A stretch of DNA of 64,000 nucleotides from a virus. Lineage: Duplodnaviria; Heunggongvirae; Uroviricota; Caudoviricetes. Where the stretch lies: IMG/VR virus record IMGVR_UViG_3300035696_000002, one strand, 5' to 3'. Below the pieces are notes generated by a model. The model was not told where the DNA came from. It searched no databases and saw only the letters and a program-made list of their open reading frames with translations. A program made the position numbers and the translations under genes. Shown one piece after another: positions 38,994 through 48,804 of the stretch; position 1 is the first letter of the stretch; every line of letters starts with the position of its first letter.

Positions 38994-39337
38994 TATCCAT
39001 GAGCCTGTGAGGCGTCGGCGGCATGATTCGCCGGAAGCCGTTGACTCATCTGCCGAATCTGTGCTTCGAGTTCAGCATATTCCGGCACGTCGCCGTTCTG
39101 TTTGAGTTTCAGATTCTCGTAGGTGATGCCAACGCGGCGATACATTTCGAGCATGGCACAAATGAACATGCCCATGGTCGCGTTGAGATCGGAGTAATTC
39201 AGGCCTTGGCCGATGAGGAACTTGAGGGCCAAGCGAGTCGCGACGTAGTTCAGATCACCCACCGTATGGACATTCTCGCTGATGGCTTGAATGTGTGGGT
39301 CGATTGCTTCGCGTGCGATCTCTTGAATGTAGGGCAT
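38993..39337 (-). CDS. conserved phage hypothetical protein
   Basis: MPYI..GDLNY..T..LEMYRR..YE..K..NGDV pattern, widespread in phages. Confidence 0.7.
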   Translation of the reverse strand: MPYIQEIAREAIDPHIQAISENVHTVGDLNYVATRLALKFLIGQGLNYSDLNATMGMFICAMLEMYRRVGITYENLKLKQNGDVPEYAELEAQIRQMSQRLPANHAADASQAHG

Positions 39338-40134
39338 TAGGTTGTTTTCTCGGCTTCCTCACCCGGCCTCAAATAAGTGATGGTTTGCGGGTTGGAGTAA
39401 GTATACCGAATTTCTTCTGGCAACTCAAGAACGAGGCTCCATGCGATGGTGCTGTAGCCAAGCAAGTCCTTAGCGGAGTCGGCCAGTCCTTCGAAATTGC
39501 TAGTATTGCCGTTCGCCTTTAATTGGGTAATCCGGGCGATCTTATCCCACAGTCGAGGAAGCAATCCGGGGATGCCGTGGCGGCGGAAACTCTCGCCGTA
39601 ATCTTGTGCTTTGGGATGAAGAAGTTTGGTGGTCTGGTGGAGGCGTCTCTGAACATTGTATTCGGAGTCGAGGAATTGCTCCTCAGTGACGGCCCACGCG
39701 GCCCCATAAGGGCCATGCTCTTCGAGAAGGCATATCATCGCCGACATGTAGACCAAGAAATGGAGGCCGTCGTCAACCATGGCCAGTATCATCGGAGGCC
39801 ATGCTGCCATGGGCAACTTCCGCTGTGTTTCCACGCAGCCCTCGATGATGAAATACCGATACAGCCATTGAAGTGTGAAATCCTCGACGCCATAAAACCC
39901 AATTGGGGGCATGAACTTTTTGAGGATGTCGCTGTCGATAGTGCCCACTACGGGAGTCCCGGCGACGTAGCCCAAGCCCTCCATACTGTGGGTGAGTTGA
40001 TCTTTGGACTGCATCAGTTTTGCGGCTCTATCAATTTCAACACGGGCGGGAATGGACTCGACTACAGATCGCCAGTCGGTGCCGTGAATCATCAAGCCTT
40101 TGCGGACTTCATTCCAAACGGGAGTGATGCTCAT
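39337..40134 (-). CDS. protein with a C-terminal DUF1599/nucleotide-modification-associated domain
   Basis: KAQDYGESF..RLWDKIAR..EGLADSAKDLLGY; start moved to ATG 40134 to avoid overlap with the divergent gene. Confidence 0.6.
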   Translation of the reverse strand: MSITPVWNEVRKGLMIHGTDWRSVVESIPARVEIDRAAKLMQSKDQLTHSMEGLGYVAGTPVVGTIDSDILKKFMPPIGFYGVEDFTLQWLYRYFIIEGCVETQRKLPMAAWPPMILAMVDDGLHFLVYMSAMICLLEEHGPYGAAWAVTEEQFLDSEYNVQRRLHQTTKLLHPKAQDYGESFRRHGIPGLLPRLWDKIARITQLKANGNTSNFEGLADSAKDLLGYSTIAWSLVLELPEEIRYTYSNPQTITYLRPGEEAEKTT

Positions 40135-40172
40135 GTCATATAAATACGCAGGTTTGGCAGTATTGAGTAGGT

Positions 40173-40484
40173 ATGGCGAAGAAAAAAGCTGACGACTTCC
40201 CGGCTGTGCGTGCAATCGCGGCTGAGTCAGAGGAGCGGCGGCGGACGCGATTAGAGGAAGAGATCGCACGCGAACAGGACGTAATCAACAAGGCCTACGA
40301 CCGGGCCATGGAGACCGCTTGGCGAAAGTACAGCAGTGCCATGCGGGACAATACTGACTCCCACAAACCCGGCACAGAAATGCCTTACGATGTTCAGTAT
40401 GATCGCGACCGGGCAGCAGCGTTGAAAGAGTGGAAGGACGCCAGCAAGCAGTTGGAACACAAAGCGGATTCTATCGGAGTCTGA
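40173..40484 (+). CDS. hypothetical helical protein
   Basis: Divergent gene preceded by a GTATTG element; charged helical composition. Confidence 0.55.
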   Translation: MAKKKADDFPAVRAIAAESEERRRTRLEEEIAREQDVINKAYDRAMETAWRKYSSAMRDNTDSHKPGTEMPYDVQYDRDRAAALKEWKDASKQLEHKADSIGV

Positions 40485-40833
40485 ACTCTACCGTACCCTC
40501 GGCCTCAGCCGGGACACCGTTACAGGTAGCCGGGCGGAACCGCCACTGACGGATTCCTCGCAGAGCGACAGCCGGGCCGTCCAGCATCAGAGGGCCGTAC
40601 ACTCGCCCATCAATTCCCACAATCAAACTGATCTTGGCATTGGTTTGGAGCACCATCGGATCGGGCGTCGAGATCGGCACCGGGGGCGTCGCATTCTCGC
40701 ACCGTAGCCCATTGAAGGCCATCTTACGGAAGAACCTGACTCGCGGCAGAGGCCGGGCAGCCGGGGCCGAAGTTGTATCCGACGCCGGAGCCAAGGAAGC
40801 CAGCAGGAGCACGGCCAGAAAGAGTCTACCCAC
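40471..40833 (-). CDS. secreted TonB C-terminal-domain protein
   Basis: GTG 40833 gives signal peptide MGRLFLAVLLLASLAPA; IVGIDGRV..IRQWRFRPATCNGVPAEAEGTVEF. Confidence 0.7.
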   Translation of the reverse strand: MGRLFLAVLLLASLAPASDTTSAPAARPLPRVRFFRKMAFNGLRCENATPPVPISTPDPMVLQTNAKISLIVGIDGRVYGPLMLDGPAVALRGIRQWRFRPATCNGVPAEAEGTVEFRLR

Positions 40834-41290
40834 GAAGCACCCCCTCCAGTTGGGCGATCCGGGCCTTGAGTTCTTCGTAGGTCGGTTCCGGCTTCGCGGC
40901 GGTCTTGGCCGGGAGGACGCGGAACGGACGCTCGAACGCACCGATCTTGATGTCGATGTACCAGCCCACGTCGAAATAGTCGGTTTGCGGTTCGCTGCGG
41001 TCGTGGTTGCCGACCATCATCGCGGCCTTGATCTTCTTGAACGTCTCCGCCAGCGGGGCCGGGTACTCACGGTCGAGGTAGTATTCGTTGAGATTGACGT
41101 ACTCCGGGCGGGACTCGCGGCGTTCCTTACAGACGAGGTTTTCGCCAATCAGGTCAATCGGGGCGGCAGTGATGGTCAGGACGAGCGTGCTGTGGTGATG
41201 CACCGACAGCGTGTATTTCCAGTCTTGCGGGATGACTTTCTTGATTTCGGCGGCGAGGACTGCTTTGCGTTCCTGCGACATGAATGCCAT
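40826..41290 (-). CDS. conserved phage protein (LPD29-like)
   Basis: NHDRSEPQTDYFDVGWYIDIKIG motif. Confidence 0.6.
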   Translation of the reverse strand: MAFMSQERKAVLAAEIKKVIPQDWKYTLSVHHHSTLVLTITAAPIDLIGENLVCKERRESRPEYVNLNEYYLDREYPAPLAETFKKIKAAMMVGNHDRSEPQTDYFDVGWYIDIKIGAFERPFRVLPAKTAAKPEPTYEELKARIAQLEGVLRG

Positions 41291-41337
41291 GTCTATAGTA
41301 TACCGATCCGGGGGAGGGATTGGCCAGCCTTAACCCC

Positions 41338-41736
41338 TTATAATTCAAGCATTTCGGGGTGATTTAGGTTGGGTTTTGTGGGTGGACGGTGGGTGTGGCC
41401 TTGGCAATCCACGTTCAACTCGGCCTGTGCCTCGTCTTCGATGGCCGCGACGATCTCGTTGACGCCGCGTTCGTCGATCAGCTTCGGCCCAGTCTGGAAG
41501 CGTAAATCGTAATTGTGTTTCAGGGTGCCGTCCGGTGCCCGGTAGGTGCCCACCAGTTGCACCGACACGCAGAGGCAACCCGCGTGCTTCCACACGATCT
41601 TGACAAATTTGTCCGTGGCATACGAGCCCCGATCCAGCAGAGCGAAACTCACATGCCTACGGACAATCTTTGGAGCATGGCCGATCTTGAACTTCCCCGG
41701 CCTATCCTCGCTGCCGTTTTTGTTGATGTAGATCAC
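41338..41736 (-). CDS. hypothetical protein
   Basis: Co-directional ORF filling the gap; GAGG RBS. Confidence 0.5.
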   Translation of the reverse strand: MIYINKNGSEDRPGKFKIGHAPKIVRRHVSFALLDRGSYATDKFVKIVWKHAGCLCVSVQLVGTYRAPDGTLKHNYDLRFQTGPKLIDERGVNEIVAAIEDEAQAELNVDCQGHTHRPPTKPNLNHPEMLEL

Positions 41737-41742
41737 GCGATC

Positions 41743-43179
41743 TTATGCGTAAACCTCAAGTGGTATCTCGGCCAATGCACGGATTTCCGGGAACGTCTGG
41801 AGCCTCAACATTTCCCCGTTCAGGAAAATGGGCTCAAGAATATCGAACGGATATCCTGTTCTGCCGTCTCCCTTGTACTGCATCGTGTGGTAGCCGCCAT
41901 TCTGGTCATCCAGAAGAGCCAGCCGTCCACGCTTCGATGCCTTACCGGGGTCGGTGATCGGGTCTTTCCAGATTTCAACCTGCTCACCGTTGACCACAGC
42001 GTTGCAGCACTTGATCGCAACCTTCTGCGTATCACGGTTCAACTTCTGGAGCAAGCCGCCGCCCATGCCGAATACGATGTTGGCTGCTGACCACTTCGCA
42101 TCCTTCATCGCCTGCAAGATTCTGCGGACGCCGGAATGGTCGATGCCATCGCCCCACAGAACGCCGACGCAGGGTGGAAGCATCTTGTAGCCCTTCTCGT
42201 TCTCGGTGACGCCAAACTTCTCACCGAGGATGTCCAACACGCGGAGCGTGATCGCTACCGGATCGCCGGAGTCAGGCCGGACTACGACCTTTCCCTTGCG
42301 ATTGCGGATGCGTTCACGATACGTGCCGCCGATGATGTTGGCGGTGAAGTTGAAGATGTCGTAGGAGTCGCCGACAAGGGACAGGATGCCCGTAGGTACT
42401 TCGTCCAGAGCGTGCTCCACAAACTTCGCTTCGTACTCACGCTTCCACATGGTGGTTACGGAGTGCTCAGAGGCGAAGACCGAATAGCCGGGCATTTCTC
42501 CCGGTTTGCTTCCGAAGCCATAGAACTGTTCGATGTAGTCAATTCCGGGCAGCGTATCCGTGCCGAAGAAATTGACAAGATGAGCCGAGGCTCCAATGCC
42601 CATCACCAGATCGCAGGGAACGCCGCGACCGCCGAAATCGTGAAGCTGGTAGGGCAGCGTCGAATAATCGTCCGCCGTATCACGAAGGAACTCAGCGATG
42701 ATTTCCTTGGTGTAGCGGGACTTGGTCGCGACGCCGGAGCCGTACCACGTGTGCTCCAGAATAGTTTCAGACCAACCCGGAATCCAAGAACATTGTTCGC
42801 AGGAGTTCTTCATCGTCCACATGACGTTTTTCACGGGGATCGGAAGGCCCTCTTTCACCCCACGAATATCCAGCGGCAGATAGCCGCCGTGCTTGTTGAT
42901 GACGTGACGCCAGCCTTCTTTGTTGAAGGCACGGTCGGTGCCGAAGTGGAGGCCAGCCTTGTACTCCGCTTCCTCGACATCCGTCAGCGTGGCGAATCTG
43001 CCTTCAAAATTTCGCAGCAAGTTTCCTTGCAGGTCGTAGAGCATGGAATAGTCGTATTCCCCGCCACGGGCCTCGTAGTAGTACAGCATTTCTGTGGTGC
43101 CCGGAACGATAAACCGCCAGTGGCCGACCTTGTAGCTGTCGGTCTTATGTAGTGGGCGTGCTATGAATGGCCTCGGCAT
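41743..43179 (-). CDS. nadV: nicotinamide phosphoribosyltransferase
   Basis: TDSYKVGH, LHDFGGRG, SAHLVNFFGTDT, ASEHS, VGDSYD, VVRPDSGDP, WGDGI, FGMGGGLLQ. Confidence 0.95.
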   Translation of the reverse strand: MPRPFIARPLHKTDSYKVGHWRFIVPGTTEMLYYYEARGGEYDYSMLYDLQGNLLRNFEGRFATLTDVEEAEYKAGLHFGTDRAFNKEGWRHVINKHGGYLPLDIRGVKEGLPIPVKNVMWTMKNSCEQCSWIPGWSETILEHTWYGSGVATKSRYTKEIIAEFLRDTADDYSTLPYQLHDFGGRGVPCDLVMGIGASAHLVNFFGTDTLPGIDYIEQFYGFGSKPGEMPGYSVFASEHSVTTMWKREYEAKFVEHALDEVPTGILSLVGDSYDIFNFTANIIGGTYRERIRNRKGKVVVRPDSGDPVAITLRVLDILGEKFGVTENEKGYKMLPPCVGVLWGDGIDHSGVRRILQAMKDAKWSAANIVFGMGGGLLQKLNRDTQKVAIKCCNAVVNGEQVEIWKDPITDPGKASKRGRLALLDDQNGGYHTMQYKGDGRTGYPFDILEPIFLNGEMLRLQTFPEIRALAEIPLEVYA

Positions 43180-43194
43180 AGTGTCCTTTCTTTT

Positions 43195-44148
43195 TCAAAT
43201 AGTGCTGTCAGTCTTTTTCAAATATTCGACAAGCATGTGGTACAGAACGCGGTGTTCTGGAACGAACAGGCTGTCGTTGAGGTCGCCAATCTTGAACCAT
43301 TTGACTCGCTTGACATCGTCGCCGCCAATGGCACCCAAAGTCATGGACGTGCCCAAAAAGAACGCGGTCTTGATGATGCGGTCGGGGCAGTTCGCGTACC
43401 GCCAGTCGTCGATAGTGGTTGAACCAATGTATTCGAGGGAAGTCAGATCGACACCGCCCTCTTCCAAAGTTTCGCTCTTGGCGTCCTGCTCATACGTCGG
43501 ACGCCTCAGGCCCTCGGCGTGTCCGCCGATGAACCGCCATTGCGTTTCGTCGCCACGCTGTGCCAGCAGTAGTTCGGCGGTGAAACCATCCGGCTCACTG
43601 CCGCCCCAATGCATGACCGCAATGTCCACGCAGGGAAGGACAATTGGAAACAGGTGGTGCATGGCATAGATCATTCCGGCCCGGAAGTCTGGTGATTGGA
43701 TTATGGTATTGGAGACTTCCAGCCGAACATCAGCCCCACTGATTTTGTGTTTGCGAGGATCGAGGGCGAGTTCAACGACTTGATGCCGACCGTGGTAGTG
43801 CGGGACGAAAGAATCGCGTCCGCCATACAGGGTGACCCGGCCAAAAGGAACAACGTCAGAGATCGCAGCGTCGAGTTTTTCGCTCCAGATATCGTCGGTG
43901 CGGGCGTCCTTCAATGGCAGGACAATGAAATTGGGGAAGGAGGCCTGAATCATCGCTTTACGTGCAGGGAAGTCCAGCGGGTGTTTCTGACTGATGCCCC
44001 CCGGCGAGATGCCGACGAACACGATGACAGATTTGTGCCGGGCCTGAACCTGATCGAACAAGTCCAGATGCCCGTCATGCAGGGCGTTGACTTGAAAGCG
44101 ACCAACGATTACGCCATAATCTGGTTCAATCATTTTCTTTATCCCCAC
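43195..44148 (-). CDS. nadM: bifunctional NMN adenylyltransferase / Nudix hydrolase (NadM-Nudix, NatV-like)
   Basis: VGRFQ..LHDGH nucleotidyltransferase motif; Nudix box GGHAE..AKSETLEEGG; adjacent to nadV. Confidence 0.9.
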   Translation of the reverse strand: MGIKKMIEPDYGVIVGRFQVNALHDGHLDLFDQVQARHKSVIVFVGISPGGISQKHPLDFPARKAMIQASFPNFIVLPLKDARTDDIWSEKLDAAISDVVPFGRVTLYGGRDSFVPHYHGRHQVVELALDPRKHKISGADVRLEVSNTIIQSPDFRAGMIYAMHHLFPIVLPCVDIAVMHWGGSEPDGFTAELLLAQRGDETQWRFIGGHAEGLRRPTYEQDAKSETLEEGGVDLTSLEYIGSTTIDDWRYANCPDRIIKTAFFLGTSMTLGAIGGDDVKRVKWFKIGDLNDSLFVPEHRVLYHMLVEYLKKTDSTI

Positions 44149-44186
44149 TTACTCTTTTGATGCTCACGCCAGCTAACGGATGAAAT

Positions 44187-44402
44187 TTATAACCCCAATT
44201 TTCTCTTCATCACTACGATACTGATGGGGTTGAACAGCATCCGCACACCCGCGTGCTTGTCCCAGTTCTCATGCCACTCTGCGGCCTGTGCACGAATCTC
44301 CGGGGGAACTCCGGGAGTGTTTTTGATCTGGTGCAACAAACCCGCCATCATGGCACCGATGAAATCCTTGCGTTCCTGCTGTAAGTCCGCTTTCTTTTTC
44401 AT
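44187..44402 (-). CDS. small hypothetical protein
   Basis: ATGA overlap with the upstream gene. Confidence 0.55.
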   Translation of the reverse strand: MKKKADLQQERKDFIGAMMAGLLHQIKNTPGVPPEIRAQAAEWHENWDKHAGVRMLFNPISIVVMKRKLGL

Positions 44403-45346
44403 ACGGCAACCGCCTTTCGATTTTCGATCTGTTTAATCCGGCCTTCGTCCACAGCCCGGAGAAACTTCTGCACGTACTGCCGATCCCACACTGCCCAAAT
44501 CGCCGGGTAGTTCTCGACGGCGAACTCACGGAACCAGCCGCCAGTCAGGGTCGTGCAAATCCGCATCAGAGACCATTGCATGGCCGTCTCAGCCGTCGCC
44601 AGCTTTTTGCCCTCGAATAGCATTGGAATAATCGCCCGTTCCAGAGCGATAACATAGGCCTCTTCGAGTACGCATCGCATCTGATCGTGAAAGCTGAGGG
44701 CGAAGAATTTGTTCTTATCGCACGTCACACGCTCCGGGCTGATCTTGATGTACTCGTACATCGGCTTCTCCCGGTGAGCCATGACCAGATGAATGTCATC
44801 GTGGACAAACACATGGTTGCTGACATCGTCTTGGAAAAATTCGTCCTTGGTTTTTTGCAGACTCGGGGTTTTGTGCTTGGGGGTTTCCTTCACCCGCTGC
44901 TTTGTGACCTCGGGCAGGACATCCTTGTCCACCAGTTGCTTCAACAGGTGGTAATCGCGAATGTGCTTCTCCCACTGCCGAGGGATGAAACGGTGCGACT
45001 TCTTGATGGAGAAAAGAACTTCCAGCGGAGCCACGATAGTCTCATTCCCGTAAACCGGAAGGGTGAACAGGTTGGTCGGGTCGGAGGAGGCAACGTAGTC
45101 GATGTAGGCCGCACTGGACGTGCCCTCGTCCGCGAGATCAAATTCAATGTGGTCGTACTCGGGGGCGTCGTTGGCAATCCAGTGACGCTGATCGTTCGGG
45201 TTCATGACAAGGTGGAGCCCGTGGGCCTCGGCGAAAACGATCATCTCAAAGGTCGTACAGATGACATCCAGATCACGCGGCTTGCGGAAGGGGATTCCGC
45301 GTTTGGCCGCGTGTGCTGCAAGAGCCGATGACCCGATAATCAGCAA
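44399..45346 (-). CDS. phage nucleotidyltransferase-like protein
   Basis: TTG start with AGGAG RBS; IIGSSAL..PRDLDVI (GS..DxD); KKSHRF..WEKHIRDY; HDDIH; EEAYVIALER. Confidence 0.65.
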   Translation of the reverse strand: MLIIGSSALAAHAAKRGIPFRKPRDLDVICTTFEMIVFAEAHGLHLVMNPNDQRHWIANDAPEYDHIEFDLADEGTSSAAYIDYVASSDPTNLFTLPVYGNETIVAPLEVLFSIKKSHRFIPRQWEKHIRDYHLLKQLVDKDVLPEVTKQRVKETPKHKTPSLQKTKDEFFQDDVSNHVFVHDDIHLVMAHREKPMYEYIKISPERVTCDKNKFFALSFHDQMRCVLEEAYVIALERAIIPMLFEGKKLATAETAMQWSLMRICTTLTGGWFREFAVENYPAIWAVWDRQYVQKFLRAVDEGRIKQIENRKAVAV

Positions 45347-45355
45347 ACAAGTCTC

Positions 45356-45619
45356 CTACCAGCAACTCGACGATTCGTAAGAGTCCGAGTACTCGACTTC
45401 GGGCTCCTCTTCCGGGCTGCTGACATAGCCGCTATTGATGCTTTCCAGCGACCGCAGTTCTTCTATCGGCGGCACCTTAAAAGCAACGCCGGGGTGTTCC
45501 TTGTTCACGGCCTTGGACAACTGGCCCAGTGCACGCGACGCAGACTCCGCAGTCACGTTGCCTTCCTTCAAGTCCGTGAGAATAACGACGATTTTTTCGT
45601 AAGCTTCTACCAGCTTCAT
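45356..45619 (-). CDS. small protein with an acidic tail ending YESSSCW
   Basis: Co-directional, directly upstream of the nucleotidyltransferase-like gene. Confidence 0.6.
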   Translation of the reverse strand: MKLVEAYEKIVVILTDLKEGNVTAESASRALGQLSKAVNKEHPGVAFKVPPIEELRSLESINSGYVSSPEEEPEVEYSDSYESSSCW

Positions 45620-45666
45620 ACCCTACCCCAGTTCTTTTCAGTATATACGGAGTCCGGCCTGTTTGG

Positions 45667-47589
45667 CTAGACTTTTATCCCGATCTCTTTCAGGAAGCGG
45701 CTGGGGGCAAGATCGGCAGTATTCGGCCCCCGTTGTTCCTGTTCGGGAAAACATAAGACTAACACATCGCGTGCTCGCGTGCAAGCCACATAAAATAAAC
45801 GTCTTTCCTCCTCGATCTCCTCTTCCGATCCCATGGAGAACATGTGCGGAAGGGAGCCTTCGATAAGGTTAGCCACGTAGACCCGCCGCCACTCCAGCCC
45901 TTTGGCGGCATGGATGGTGGAAATGACCACGGCCCCCTGTTCATCATCGTCCTTAGGCCGCTCCAACGTTAGCTGAAAGACCAAGTCTTCGAGGGTCAGC
46001 GTGGGCCGCTCGGTAAACAGATTGTCCACGAGGGCGGCGAAACGTACAAGGTTGTCGAGCTTCGATTGGATTTTTGATTTCTCCCGTTTGTACTTGTCGT
46101 GGATGTACGACTTGTAGTTGGTCAGGAGAATCACTTTTTCCAACGCCGTGACCGGGTCAGTCTTAAACTGATCGACGTGTTCGACAATTCTGACGAGGTT
46201 GGCAAGCTTCGGTTCATTCTGGGAGGCCGCAATAAGATCGCCTTCTGTAGCCTTCTCCGCCGCCTGCCGCAGCTTTTCAAGCGATGCCGGGCCGACGCCG
46301 CACTTGGGGGCCGCAACTGCACGGCTCATAGCCTGAAAATCCTTACGGTTTGCTACAAGGCGTAAGTAGGCAAGCACGTCCCTAACTTCTTCCGTTTGCA
46401 GCAAACCGCGTCCGCCGCGAACAATATACGGAATTCTGCGGCGAACAAGTTCACCTTCCACTCCCGGTATTTGTCGGTTGCTGCGAACCAAAATGCAGTT
46501 GTCACGAAACAGGATGGGGTTTCGTTTGTGACCCGCGTCTCGGGCGATTTCAGCCGCGATAGTAAATGCAACGTCATTGGCTTGCCAGCCCCGCATAAAC
46601 TGAGTCTCGCCCGTCTCTCCGTTAATGCCCCGCCAGCTTTCCATTTTCAACGGAATGGTGTGCGTCATGCGATACTGAATCGCATTCGCGATATCCACGA
46701 TTTTCTGTCCGCTGCGATGGTTGCGGGCAATCCGGTAGAGCTTCGGTACAACCCCCTTGTAGCCTTCGCTGTACTGTCGGAGCAAGTCTGGCACGGCTCC
46801 ATTGAATCCATAGATCGACTGGCTCATGTCGCCGACGATGTACAGATTCAGGTTGCCGGGCGGAAGGAGGGAAGTGACGAATTCCCACTGAACCGGGTTG
46901 GTATCCTGAGCCTCATCCATGAGAACGTGATCGTACTGGGTCTGAATCTCAGCCAACCACTCTGCGTCTTCCCGGAGACGGCGGACAACTAAGTGAAGCA
47001 TGTCGTCGAAATCTACGACTGAGTTCTTTTGCTTCTCGATTTCAAACTGCTCCCACAAACTGCGTTCAACTGGCGTCAAGGCGTGATAGCCGGAGTGAAT
47101 GTTCTTGGCACGATCATGCACTTCATCCGTGTACTCGGAGCGGAAGCCGATTCCGCGTGCCCGATGGAAACTGATCTTCTTGATGACGATCTTCGCCTTG
47201 ATTTCTTCATCGGTCTTCAAACGGTCGATGAGCGTTTTCATCATCTGCCGCTGGTCATAGTCGTCCAGCGGGGTGACCTTCTTAGCTAAGCCAAAACCTT
47301 CTGGGTCGCGGCGAATCTGTAGGAGGGCAAGGGAGTGGATGGTGGAGACGCGGGGCAGTAGCTCGTCCGGCGTGTCCTCAGTGAGGCCGAGGCGGTCGAT
47401 GAGTTCCCCGGCAGCCTTGTTCGTGAATGTGATGGCACAGATACGTGGCGGCTTGATACCCTGTTTGATGATCCAACGAACACGTTCTGTAAGGACGCGG
47501 GTCTTACCGGAGCCAGCACCAGCGATCAAGCAGGCGGGCTCATCCAGCGGGTGCTGGACTGCAAGCATTTGTTCTTCGTTTAGCTGCAT
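45667..47589 (-). CDS. uvrD: UvrD/PcrA-family SF1 DNA helicase
   Basis: AGAGSGKT, ITFTNKAA, MDEAQDTN, VGDMSQSIYGF, NHRS, STIHAAKGLEW, EERRLFYVACTRA. Confidence 0.95.
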   Translation of the reverse strand: MQLNEEQMLAVQHPLDEPACLIAGAGSGKTRVLTERVRWIIKQGIKPPRICAITFTNKAAGELIDRLGLTEDTPDELLPRVSTIHSLALLQIRRDPEGFGLAKKVTPLDDYDQRQMMKTLIDRLKTDEEIKAKIVIKKISFHRARGIGFRSEYTDEVHDRAKNIHSGYHALTPVERSLWEQFEIEKQKNSVVDFDDMLHLVVRRLREDAEWLAEIQTQYDHVLMDEAQDTNPVQWEFVTSLLPPGNLNLYIVGDMSQSIYGFNGAVPDLLRQYSEGYKGVVPKLYRIARNHRSGQKIVDIANAIQYRMTHTIPLKMESWRGINGETGETQFMRGWQANDVAFTIAAEIARDAGHKRNPILFRDNCILVRSNRQIPGVEGELVRRRIPYIVRGGRGLLQTEEVRDVLAYLRLVANRKDFQAMSRAVAAPKCGVGPASLEKLRQAAEKATEGDLIAASQNEPKLANLVRIVEHVDQFKTDPVTALEKVILLTNYKSYIHDKYKREKSKIQSKLDNLVRFAALVDNLFTERPTLTLEDLVFQLTLERPKDDDEQGAVVISTIHAAKGLEWRRVYVANLIEGSLPHMFSMGSEEEIEEERRLFYVACTRARDVLVLCFPEQEQRGPNTADLAPSRFLKEIGIKV

Positions 47590-47591
47590 GA

Positions 47592-47864
47592 TTAGTAAAG
47601 CGGCGGATACTTCAGTCGCCGCAATCTTTCCTCGAAAGACGGTGGATTGGCCTCGTCAAAAATACGCCACATTTGAGCCTTGATTAAATCCATGTCATTC
47701 CACTCATCGTGGGACAGGGCGTCGATGTCTATACCCACCATCAGCTTCGCTTCATGCTTTGCCCAGAGACGTTTGTAGTAAGCTTCAAACTTCTCGTGCA
47801 GCACACGCAATTCTTCTGCTCGTGCCCCGCCAAGTCTGTGCAACATTTCCTCGGTCAAAATCAT
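47592..47864 (-). CDS. hypothetical protein
   Basis: Tightly packed co-directional ORF. Confidence 0.55.
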   Translation of the reverse strand: MILTEEMLHRLGGARAEELRVLHEKFEAYYKRLWAKHEAKLMVGIDIDALSHDEWNDMDLIKAQMWRIFDEANPPSFEERLRRLKYPPLY

Positions 47865-47983
47865 CGTCTGCTCTTCCGATCAAGTTTGATGATGAAATCG
47901 AGGACGAAGCCAAGAAACCCACCGACAGCGGCGGCACACAAAAGGCATATTACGATGAAAGTTAAAATCTGTCCCGTACTCAC
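47861..47983 (-). CDS. 40-aa single-pass membrane protein
   Basis: Hand translation MSTGQILTFIVICLLCAAAVGGFLGFVLDFIIKLDRKSRR; GTGA/ATGA overlaps on both sides. Confidence 0.55.
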   Translation of the reverse strand: MSTGQILTFIVICLLCAAAVGGFLGFVLDFIIKLDRKSRR

Positions 47984-48762
47984 ACTATCCTCACCAGCAT
48001 TGCAGTGACGTTGTCTTCCGTGGGGGCTGCGACAGCACGATCAACAATATGTTGAGCCGTGCCATGCCCCTCGATCAATTGTACAACGGAATCGAACGCC
48101 GACTTGCCTTTACCGTGACTAGGGTCTATCGCCCCGTCTGTACAGGCCAGCACCCAGCTTCCGACACCCAGCGTAAGGTCGTAAACTTCCGGCACGCGGG
48201 ATAAAATTCTGCCGAGATGGCGGTCGCCAAATGACCGGGACATTTGAAGTCCGGGCTGGTCAAGAGTCGAGTGCAGGTAGCCCCGGATGTAGAATGCTCC
48301 GCGATTTTGGGCGGCTTTGCGTTCCTTAACGTTCGTGCGGGCGTTGTGCTCGGGACTGAAAACGATGGTGCCGTTCGCATCTTTGACAATGACAGGGGAA
48401 TCCCCGAGGATGGCGACGTACACCTTGGTCGCCGACCATGGGCTCGTGGTTTTATCCCACGGGATGTAAACTACCGAAGCTGTGGAACCGTCCGCAAAAG
48501 ATTGAGTCGCGATAGCGAGATTTTGAAAGACCTTGAGAATTGCGTCTTTCGGGGACATTCCCTTTTCGGCGGCTTCGTCGAGAGCATCTGCAAAGAGGGC
48601 TGGGGCTTCTTCGGAACAGTATTCTGAGCAGTGGGCACCGCCGTGGCCGTCAAACACAGCCATCAGTACTCCGTCTGGACTCGTCATCGAAAAGTAGCGG
48701 TCTTCTTGGTAGTCCCGTCTACCCTTTGCTGTCGCGTCCGTTATTGGGCTCAGTATCGGCAT
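47980..48762 (-). CDS. PP2C-family Ser/Thr phosphatase
   Basis: GRRDYQEDR, VFDGHGG, DGSTA, LGDS, MSRSFGD, CTDG, EDNVT; start reassigned to ATG 48762. Confidence 0.9.
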   Translation of the reverse strand: MPILSPITDATAKGRRDYQEDRYFSMTSPDGVLMAVFDGHGGAHCSEYCSEEAPALFADALDEAAEKGMSPKDAILKVFQNLAIATQSFADGSTASVVYIPWDKTTSPWSATKVYVAILGDSPVIVKDANGTIVFSPEHNARTNVKERKAAQNRGAFYIRGYLHSTLDQPGLQMSRSFGDRHLGRILSRVPEVYDLTLGVGSWVLACTDGAIDPSHGKGKSAFDSVVQLIEGHGTAQHIVDRAVAAPTEDNVTAMLVRIV

Positions 48763-48804
48763 TGAAAGACACTCCTCCCACTTAATACTCAATGTGCGGG
48801 GAAA

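Noticed and set aside
45346-45358. Programmed TAG read-through fusing the 87-aa and 315-aa ORFs
   Set aside because: In frame, but the TAGGAG doubles as a well-spaced RBS for the TTG start, and in-frame adjacency has a 1-in-3 chance.
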